A stretch of DNA of 64,000 nt. It comes from a bacterium. GTDB lineage: Bacteria > Bdellovibrionota_C > UBA2361 > CALJRW01. The stretch is from assembly GCA_031385045.1 (NCBI GenBank), contig JANNBC010000052.1:64001-128000 (forward strand), in the 5' to 3' direction. The notes beneath the pieces are model-generated. The model saw nothing but the letters and a program-made list of their open reading frames with translations, was not told the origin of the DNA and ran no database searches. Every line of letters begins with the position of its first letter. Position 1 is the stretch's first letter. Below, piece by piece: positions 20,707 to 29,400 of this stretch. The translations under genes were made by a program, and so were the position numbers.

Positions 20707-20883
20707 ATGCCAGTTCCAAAGAAAAAAACATCAGTTTCTCGTCAAAGAATGCGTAGATCTCACCATGGTTTGACTGCCAAGTCTGGTATTGTTTGTTCCC
20801 ATTGTGGTGAGCAGATTGTTGCTCATAGAGTATGTCAGCATTGTGGTCATTACAAAGGTTCAAAAGTTTTAAATGTTGCTTAG
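20707..20883 (+). CDS. rpmF: 50S ribosomal protein L32 (Zn-ribbon type)
   Basis: Manual translation: MPVPKKKTSVSRQRMRRSHHGL...CSHCGE...HRVCQHCGHYKG, 58 aa; below the ORF-track cutoff. Confidence 0.97.
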   Translation: MPVPKKKTSVSRQRMRRSHHGLTAKSGIVCSHCGEQIVAHRVCQHCGHYKGSKVLNVA

Positions 20884-21024
20884 TAATTAGCACTAATCGG
20901 TGTTGATTTAGCGGATTTTAAAAAACTTATTTCCTTTATCAGTTAGATATATCAAGCTTCAAAATTATCAGTACTGTTTTGATGTTTGTTATTAGCTTCG
21001 GTTAAATTCTAATTTTTTCAGTTC

Positions 21025-22146
21025 ATGACTATGTCCGATTCTTTACCTGTTGCCGTAGATGTAATGGGAGGAGATTTTGGTCCCGAAATCATTGTTCGTG
21101 GAGCAATCCAAGCCTGTAATAAATTACAAATTAAAGTCTTATTAGTTGGCGATGAAAATTTAATTCGTGCCGAAATGGCAAAGAATACAATTGATCGTCC
21201 TGAAATGGTTTCCATTTTTAATGCTCCAGAATTTATTACCATGGAGGATTCGCCCACGAAGGCTATTCGTTCCAAAGCAAATTATTCCATCAAGCAAGCT
21301 TTCCAATTAGTAAAAGAAGGACAAGCTCAGTCTGTTGTGAGCCCTGGTAATACTGGAGCAATGTTGGCAGCAGGATTGTATGTGGTTGGAGCAATCGAGG
21401 GGATTAGTCGCCCAGCGATTGCTACCTTAATTCCTCGAGCAGATGAGAGTCATCCAACAGTCTTAGTTGATAGTGGTGCAAATGTTCAATGTCATGCTGA
21501 GCAGTTTGCTCACTTTGCCATCATGGGTAAATTTTACTCACAAGCCTTATTTAATTTACCGGAACCGCGCATCGGGATTTTATCAAACGGAACTGAGAGT
21601 TCTAAGGGTAATGATTTATCTAGAGCTTCGGCTTATATTCTATCTAATATTAAAGATCTTAATTTTATTGGTTTTGTTGAGGGGCGACATATACCTCGGG
21701 ATATTGCTGATGTTGTAGTCTGTGATGGCTTTGTAGGAAATATTGTTCTTAAAACGATGGAGGGTAGTGTAGAATTAGTTGTAGATTCTATTCGTCGCAA
21801 TGTAAGTGAAAGCTGGCGTGGGAAAATTGGGATGTATTTAGCAAAGCCGATCTTTAAAAAATTATTTAAAGAAAAACTTGATCCTTCTTCTTACGGCGGT
21901 GCGCCACTTTTAGGATTAAATAATATCGCAATTGTTTGTCATGGTTCTTCTAATGAGAAGGCGATCTTCAATGCAATTCGTGTCGCTAATCAGCTATATA
22001 AAGCCGAGATTATCAGTAAAATGACTAAGTCATTGGTAAAGATTGAAAGTATTCTAGATGATGTCTCCTATGAAGATGGAATGTGGGATCGTGCAAGCGG
22101 TAAATTTGATATCAAAAAAAAGAAATCAATTGTAGAAAGATCGTAG
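21025..22146 (+). CDS. plsX: Phosphate acyltransferase PlsX
   Basis: AVDVMGGDFGP, GNTGA, RPAIA, DSGAN, DGFVGNIVLK, GGAPLLG, CHGSS. Confidence 0.97.
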   Translation: MTMSDSLPVAVDVMGGDFGPEIIVRGAIQACNKLQIKVLLVGDENLIRAEMAKNTIDRPEMVSIFNAPEFITMEDSPTKAIRSKANYSIKQAFQLVKEGQAQSVVSPGNTGAMLAAGLYVVGAIEGISRPAIATLIPRADESHPTVLVDSGANVQCHAEQFAHFAIMGKFYSQALFNLPEPRIGILSNGTESSKGNDLSRASAYILSNIKDLNFIGFVEGRHIPRDIADVVVCDGFVGNIVLKTMEGSVELVVDSIRRNVSESWRGKIGMYLAKPIFKKLFKEKLDPSSYGGAPLLGLNNIAIVCHGSSNEKAIFNAIRVANQLYKAEIISKMTKSLVKIESILDDVSYEDGMWDRASGKFDIKKKKSIVERS

Positions 22147-22385
22147 TTCCCTAAACTCCTTCAATTACAATAATTAGTGAAAAATCCTAGGAAAATACTG
22201 GCAATTATCTGAATCTTTGCTATATTTTCATGGCCTACAAAAGCAAAGTCGCTTAGTATTGCAAGTCCTTACTCCTTGTCTCGCTTAGGAAAATGAAGCT
22301 TGTGTAACAAGTTATTGAGCTAGGGGAAACATAGTAAACCTAATAGGTTTTAGTAGATCAAGTTTAAATTATAAATTACTGTCGT

Positions 22386-23135
22386 ATGAGTAAAATACTA
22401 TCTGGAAAAACTGCTTTAGTAACTGGTGGCTCAAGAGGAATTGGTCGAGCGATCTGTCTTTCTTTAGCTCAAAATGGAGCTAACGTTTTTGTAAATTATT
22501 CTTCTGGTGTTGGTCCAGCGGAAGAGACTGTGTCGCTTTGTAAAGAGCAGGGCGTAAATGCTTGGGCCCTAGGATTTGATGTCGCTAATGCTGATTCTGT
22601 TAGTGATGCCTTTAAACAAATCAAAGAATTATCCCCAACATTAGATATCTTAGTTAATAATGCTGGTATTGTAATTGATGGTATCTTTATTCGCTATAAA
22701 GCAGAGGACTGGGATAAAGTATTAAAGGTCAATCTTTACGGAGCATTTCACTGCTCTCAGGAAGCTGCCAAAATTATGATGAAGCAAAGAAGCGGAACAA
22801 TTATTAATATTAGTTCTGTTGTTGGAGAGATGGGGAATGCGGGACAAGCAGCCTATGTTTCTTCTAAAGCAGGCTTGATTGGTCTTACTAAATCTTTAGC
22901 TCGAGAATTATCGGCGCGTCACATTACAGTAAATGCAATTACCCCTGGATTTATTGAAACAGAAATGACTGAAAAATTAGATGAGCGGGTGAAACAGGAA
23001 CATTTAAAGATTATCCCACTTGCCAAATATGGCTCAGTTGAAGATATCGCCGGAACTGTCTCCTTCTTAGCTAGTCCTCACGCTGGTTACATTACAGGGC
23101 AGATTTTGGGTGTAAATGGTGGAATGTATATGTAG
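22386..23135 (+). CDS. fabG: 3-oxoacyl-ACP reductase
   Basis: TGGSRGIG, NNAGI, YxxxK (YVSSK), PGFIET, VNGGMYM. Confidence 0.96.
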   Translation: MSKILSGKTALVTGGSRGIGRAICLSLAQNGANVFVNYSSGVGPAEETVSLCKEQGVNAWALGFDVANADSVSDAFKQIKELSPTLDILVNNAGIVIDGIFIRYKAEDWDKVLKVNLYGAFHCSQEAAKIMMKQRSGTIINISSVVGEMGNAGQAAYVSSKAGLIGLTKSLARELSARHITVNAITPGFIETEMTEKLDERVKQEHLKIIPLAKYGSVEDIAGTVSFLASPHAGYITGQILGVNGGMYM

Positions 23136-23600
23136 TCTGACTCCGAGTCAGAGGTAGAAGCTTTTCTTTAATATCTAAGGAAAAGAGATTGATTATTAGT
23201 TAAATCAGTAAAAATAGCGCATAATATTACTGATTTTTGACTTGTAAAATTGTTGAGTATTTACTAGCATGGCTTCCTTGGCGGTCAACTGGAAGCGCAA
23301 ATAGCGATGGTTGACATGCTCAGGAAAATGATTATATTTGTTTTTTTGTGAGTTTGCTGAGTTCTCCTAATTAGAGAAAAACAGCTAATAACCATATTAA
23401 AAGCCTTATTTAAGTTATTAAATAGGTACCTTTAATATCGTTATCAAAACTCTCATCCTAGTAGTATCTTTTTGGTAAAATTTACGACTAGTCTTTGTTT
23501 TTTACGGCAGAAATTGGCAAGCCAATATTTTGCTCGCTGACAAGAGTTTCCTTTCATAAAAAGTAAAACTTGTTGGTATAATAATATTTTGGAGAAAAAA

Positions 23601-23840
23601 ATGTCAGAAGCGATTGTTGATCGTATTAAAGGAATAATTGTAGATCAGCTTAATGTTTCCCCCGAAGAAGTAACACCAGAAGCATCTTTTATTGAAGATC
23701 TTGGTGCTGATTCCCTAGATATCGTGGAATTAATCATGGCTCTAGAAGAAGAGTATGATTTGGAAATCCCAGACGAGGATGCTGAAAAGATCCAAACAGT
23801 AAATGATGTAACATCTTACATCCAAAGCCGCCAAGAGTAA
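23601..23840 (+). CDS. acpP: Acyl carrier protein
   Basis: [15 protein letters not shown] at 23601 preceded by GGAG. Confidence 0.97.
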   Translation: MSEAIVDRIKGIIVDQLNVSPEEVTPEASFIEDLGADSLDIVELIMALEEEYDLEIPDEDAEKIQTVNDVTSYIQSRQE

Positions 23841-23861
23841 TTCTTACCCGTGGCGCTGTAT

Positions 23862-23893
23862 TGAACCAAGGTAAGGAAACTTACCTTGGTTCA
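23862..23893 (+). terminator. Hairpin between acpP and nrdR (terminator or stabiliser)
   Basis: 14-bp perfect stem TGAACCAAGGTAAG-GAAA-CTTACCTTGGTTCA with GNRA loop. Confidence 0.6.
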
Positions 23894-23910
23894 TTAATAA
23901 CATATAAAAA

Positions 23911-24357
23911 ATGCGCTGCCCCAAATGTAATTCTGAAGAAAAATCATCGGTTATTGAAACCAGAACAGATGATTATAGTATTCGTCGCAGAAGAGAATGC
24001 ATTTCTTGTACTCATCGCTACTCAACGTCAGAGCAAGTTGAATTAACATTTCCAATTGTAGTGAAAAAAAGTGGACGAAGGGAAAACTTTCGTTCTGAAA
24101 AGATTCGGCAAGGATTGATTCGCTCCTGCCAAAAGCGTCCAGTTTCTCTAGATGACATTGACGAGACAGTTCATGATATTGAGCGCCAAGTATCAGAGTT
24201 AAGTACAAAAGAGATTCCTAGTGAAGAAGTTGGTAATATTGTTATCGCTGCTCTAAAGAAACTAGATAAAATTGCATATCTGCGCTTTGTTTCTGTATAT
24301 CGAGAGTTCTCTAGCTTGGAGCAGTTTCAGGAAACCCTAAAAGAATTAGAAGAGTAG
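23911..24357 (+). CDS. nrdR: Transcriptional repressor NrdR
   Basis: MRCPKC...IRRRREC..C, ATP-cone, AYLRFVSVYREF. Confidence 0.97.
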   Translation: MRCPKCNSEEKSSVIETRTDDYSIRRRRECISCTHRYSTSEQVELTFPIVVKKSGRRENFRSEKIRQGLIRSCQKRPVSLDDIDETVHDIERQVSELSTKEIPSEEVGNIVIAALKKLDKIAYLRFVSVYREFSSLEQFQETLKELEE

Positions 24358-24414
24358 GGTTGTAGTTTATAAGGCTTTTTTAAATCTTGGATCGTTTCTA
24401 AAAAAATAATTAAT

Positions 24415-26307
24415 TTAACGGAAATCCTTTTCCAGTTTAATAATATTTTCCCAGCTAATAGTGCTATCAATCCAGAAATGCTCTGGGGTGACAACAACTT
24501 CTCTAAACCACTCGATGTTAAAATCTTCTGTTTTTTCCGCGGGACGAGCTATTTCTTGCGCTCTTTCTAAGTATACATCTAAAGGAATTGCTTGAATTCC
24601 GGGAGCCCAAGCAAAGTGTTTTAGTTCTTTAGGATGATTAATCGGGTTAGTCAGATCTCTCTCTTGATAGTCATTTGGATGAGGGTTAATTATTAGGACT
24701 AATTTATGTTCAGCGTCATAGCCATGAAAGGCTACCGCATGCATCGAGTAGCCTTTGCTCGTTTGATAAATTGCTTTGCTACCACCTTTTTCCTTCACTA
24801 GTTTCTGAAGATCTTTTTCATCTAACTTACTCCATTCTAGAGAGAGTAAGACAGGTTGTTTGGTCCCAACTTGAGCTAGCGCTTTAATTTCTTGCTCTGT
24901 ATTAGGTGCAGGAAGCACAACAAACTTTTGATGGGTAATTAAGCTAAGAATTTTTGCCATGGAAGCCATTGTTGCGCCGTAGCCATACTTATACTTTCGA
25001 TCTGCAGAGCGATGACAATCAGTCAAAGGATCATAAATTGCCGACCCATTTGCATATTCCATCAGGGATGTTTGTAGTAAGAGTTGCATCCAATCATCCT
25101 GTTTGGGAACGTTTTTTAATCCGGCTTGGCAAGCAATAATTGGTGTTGTTGATACAATCGCTGGAAAATCTGAGTCTGTAATATCTTGATAATTGGCCTG
25201 ACCTTTGCAGTATAGGTTACTTGTTAATCGAATAATTTCTAATGGATAATGCTCGGCTAGTTCCAAAGTAGTGGAAGTCGGTGCACAAGTGCCTAAGTGT
25301 CCTTGATTAAATCCAGTTATCCAAAAAGCCACTGTTTCAATAATTGTCCCAATAGCCTTAGCAGGTTTAACGTCCAATCCTTGGATTGGACCTTGCTGAA
25401 TCATTTGTAAGAGTAGTCCTAAGGTTTCTGCACTTTGTGACCCAGCAAGTAATTTGCCAACACCACGATCGGCATCAATAATTTGTAAGAGCTGGCGGTG
25501 TTGCTTTAAGGTATCAATTTGCTCTACTTTGATTAGTTCTGCATAAATTTTAATAATTGCTTCTTTATGTTGGCAGTTCAATTCTTGATAGCCTGATTGA
25601 TTAATCAACTGGGTAAGGGAGAGGTTGTTTGTTAGGCAACTTTTAAATATTTGATCTAGTAGCGTTAAGGACTGAGGGGTAAGCCCAGATAGAAAGGGGT
25701 GCCCAGTAAACATTTCTAGATTACTGTGAAAATGTGGAAATAAAATAGTTTGCCCAGTATTAATTCGGAACTGCGGGTTGATTTTTGCAGTTGGCAGATT
25801 TAAAAAGTTATTAAACTTAATTAGCTCTGGAATTGTAAAGCGATCTTCTGGAGATAAAAGCTTGTTTATTTCTTGGTGGACTTTTTCTAGGACATCACCT
25901 TTGCTAATTTTATAATAAAAAATATTTCCTTCTGCCGGAAAGAATTTTTTAGGATCGGCAAATTTTTGAGCTTCTTCTTTCTCCCAAAGATTATAATCAG
26001 CTCTTTTAATGTTTGTACCAAGTTGTAGTGCTTTTTTTGAAACTAAGTGACGATCTTGCAAATATCGATATAGTGTCGAGTATTCCGTATTTAAGCCTAG
26101 CTTCTCGGCAATCTTAAAAACTGTATCACCTGCTTGCGTTGTATATTCCTGCAAATCATTAGTTTTGTTAGGTAGTAGGATCGGGATCGGTGGAAGACTA
26201 CACAGCTCTAATTGAGGGGTTACTTTTGCTTCGGCACCAAAAACTGTTGTCGCAAGAATCAGCGACTGAGCGATACGATGAATTGAATTGGTACTACTAG
26301 ACATCAA
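24415..26307 (-). CDS. Exported LysM-like-domain protein with papain/calpain-like peptidase domain
   Basis: YTTQAGDTVFKIA and YKISKGDVLEKV...LIKFN...INTGQTILFP (LysM-like); NQGHLGTC, HAVAFHGYD, IINPH (Cys-His-Asn). Confidence 0.65.
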   Translation of the reverse strand: MMSSSTNSIHRIAQSLILATTVFGAEAKVTPQLELCSLPPIPILLPNKTNDLQEYTTQAGDTVFKIAEKLGLNTEYSTLYRYLQDRHLVSKKALQLGTNIKRADYNLWEKEEAQKFADPKKFFPAEGNIFYYKISKGDVLEKVHQEINKLLSPEDRFTIPELIKFNNFLNLPTAKINPQFRINTGQTILFPHFHSNLEMFTGHPFLSGLTPQSLTLLDQIFKSCLTNNLSLTQLINQSGYQELNCQHKEAIIKIYAELIKVEQIDTLKQHRQLLQIIDADRGVGKLLAGSQSAETLGLLLQMIQQGPIQGLDVKPAKAIGTIIETVAFWITGFNQGHLGTCAPTSTTLELAEHYPLEIIRLTSNLYCKGQANYQDITDSDFPAIVSTTPIIACQAGLKNVPKQDDWMQLLLQTSLMEYANGSAIYDPLTDCHRSADRKYKYGYGATMASMAKILSLITHQKFVVLPAPNTEQEIKALAQVGTKQPVLLSLEWSKLDEKDLQKLVKEKGGSKAIYQTSKGYSMHAVAFHGYDAEHKLVLIINPHPNDYQERDLTNPINHPKELKHFAWAPGIQAIPLDVYLERAQEIARPAEKTEDFNIEWFREVVVTPEHFWIDSTISWENIIKLEKDFR

Positions 26308-26423
26308 TTTTTGAAGACTGCTTGCAATTTGAACATAAAAAGCAAGATCATCTTACTCCAAAATTAATCTTAATCTAGAAAAAAATGATTAAGCAGGGAC
26401 TTTTTTAAAGCCTAAGCCAAAGT

Positions 26424-29400
26424 CTAAAATGCACTACCAACACTAAAGTGGACTCTCCAAGTAGATTCGCCTTCTAAGCGATCTAGTGGGTGGCCAAAAT
26501 CTAAGCCAATCGGACCAATCGGGGATTTAAAGCGAAATCCAAGACCAACGCTTTCTCGCAGATCGGAGTAGCTAATCGCCGTTTGATTTAGAAAGACATT
26601 TCCCACATCGTAAAAGCTATGTAATTGCAGATATTGATTTAAGCTATAACGTAATTCTAAGTTATTACTTAGACTTAAGTCACCGCCAATTACTGCTCCA
26701 TCAGCACCTTTTGGTCCTAAGGAATTTTCACGGAACCCCCGAATTGAATTTCTTCCTCCCAGATAATACCTTTGTGAAATTGGAATTGCCGGAGTACTAT
26801 CATAGGTCCAGGCAGAGCCTAAAGCGAAGTTATTTGCCAATGTAAATGGTGTCTCCAGAACTGGTGCAGTCCAAGAAGCCCGTCCCAGCAAGGAATAAAA
26901 GCTAGCGTCTGATTCTATTGTTTTACTAGCTAGCTTATAGTCTAAGCCAAAATATAAACCTTGATCGGGTCGGGAAGAATCATTTCTTAAGTCTAAGTTA
27001 AAATTTCCATAGAGGTAACTTAAATCTACTGTTCCTTGATCTAATTCAGAAATTACTGCGCCTGGAGTTACATTATCAAGTTGCTCATTTAAAAAGGAAT
27101 ATCCAAAGGTACTAGAAAGTGTTCTCCAGCTTTTTTGAATTGATTGATCCAGAATGATTCGATTAAGTTCAAACTCTAATGTTGGATTATTAAATTTTTG
27201 ATAACCTAAATCGCTAGAGAACTTTAGATCTTTATCTAAGAAATATGGATCTTGATAGCGTAGGCCGGCAACCCCTTGGTTTATCTCTCTAGTAACCTGA
27301 TCTACGTATTGATCTAGTCGGAGGCTAAGGCTTCGGCCATCTTTAAAGAGACTGCGATCTACGGCTTCACTAAATACATGAAATCCTAACTCAGAGTTTA
27401 CACCAAATCCTAAATCCAAAGAGTTAAGTTGTTTCTCAATCGTTCTAATTTTTAAATCTTGTAGATTAGAAGTGGAATCTTTTTTAATTAGCTCTAAGTT
27501 TACTTCTTCAAATAAGCCTGATTTAAGTAAGTTAGCCTTGATGGCATTGAGGGATTTAATGCTGGCAGTCTGATCTTTTTGAAGATTCATGATCCTGATA
27601 ATTTTACTACATTCAATTTCTTTGTCTTGGACACAGTCAACTTGATCAATGATTACGGGATTACCAGCTTGAATTAGTATTTGATACTGGTTGCTTTCCT
27701 TCTGAAAAGTTTTTTTAACAATTGCATCATTGTAAGCATTACGAATCAAGTTTGATTTAATAGATTCTTCTAGGGCATTAATTCTGGCCACGGACAGCTT
27801 TTCTGCTCGATTTTGAAATTCTAATTCCTCTGGAAAACCAGTTATATTAACCAGAAATAATTCTTCTGGTGGTGGAATTTGAAATTGATAAACTATTTCA
27901 TACTCTAAATCTGTGATGGAGTTTAATAGATAGGAGACCTTCGAGTTCGGGTAGCCTTCTTCCGCAAGTAGGCTAGATAGTACGTAACAATTATTTTCTA
28001 ATTCTTCATCTAAAATTGTTTTTGGGGAAAAGAAATTATCAGCAAAGTCTTGATCGTATTTTCTAATACTCTTCTTAAGTTTAGCAAGTAGTTCAGCTTC
28101 AATACCTTTAAATTCTACAGCGAGGGCTTGAATTGGCTTTTCTTCAATAATTGTAATTTCGATAATTAAACGATTATCCTGATCTAGTGATTGATTAGTA
28201 TTAATCACTGCAAATAAATATCCAGCTTCACGATAAATCTTCTCAATGTCTTTCACTAAGATATTAAGCGAGTTATTTCCAAAGAGACGTCTAGATTTTA
28301 AGAGATTTGTTTTCTCCAGCAATTCTTCCACTGAGAACTGCTGATTGCCTGTAAAGATAAAGCTGACTGGTTGGCCTAATTCTAATTCTACAATTAATGT
28401 TGCTTGGGGATGATTAGCGCTCAATAAATATTTGGTATCTAAACGTGCTTGTAGGTAACCTTCCGATCTTAGTCTAGTTGTTAATTCTTCAGTAAAGTCC
28501 TTTTTAATTTTTTGACTTGCATTGCTATCAATAACCTTTTTAGTTTGATTAAAGATCTGATCTGGAATTTGGTCTCCAATCACTTCAATATTGATAATCT
28601 TAAATTGTTCTTTAGCATCGAGGTTTAATTCTAAGTTTTGACAATATTTTAACTGAGCTAGGCAACTAAGTGTTACTTCGGCATTAAAATATCCTTGAGA
28701 CTTATAATATTTGAGGAGGCGTTCAGTGAGTTCAGCAATGTCTGGCTCATTTAAGCGGGAACTAGGATTTAGTCGTAAGTGATTTAGAATTGCATCTTGG
28801 CTCAAGCCAAGATTACCTTTAAAGGTTGTGTCTAAATATTTTCGGTTACGCGACAGTAGAGTTAGGCTTGTATTAAATTCTAAAGCTGTATTCTTTTGAG
28901 CATTGGCAGTATCTGCTAGGGCCGTGAAACGAAGGCGGGGAGTGAAGTCATAATTGGCTACAAACCTAGTATCGTTTGATCCACCACCAATAAATGTTTC
29001 ACTACTCAAGCTAATTTGATTACTGAGTTGACGAGTCCTTGTAAGGCTTGGCTCAATAAGCCCGGAACGATTATTAAAGGCTGGTTCGATGGCAATAGAA
29101 TCTAAGTCTGTAAGTGCCGAGAAAAAATCTTTGATTAATCCTTGTTCTTTTCTTTCTTGATAGTCATTGATTCTTTCACGGATGCTAGTACTTGACTGGC
29201 TTCGTGTTCGGTAGAGCCCGCGCGTGGTTAATAGAGTCAAGATTTCTTGTTGGTTTAAATTAGCATCAGAATCAAAACTGATTTGTGGAGCATTAACTGG
29301 GCCATGTGCCTCCATTGAAATATAGACCGGCTCACCAATTCGATTAATTACATTCGTATCAGCTAGTACTGTTAAAATTGGTTCTGGCTGATTAGGACTT

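Noticed and set aside
20693..20893. 66-aa minus-strand ORF
   Set aside because: Antisense shadow of rpmF
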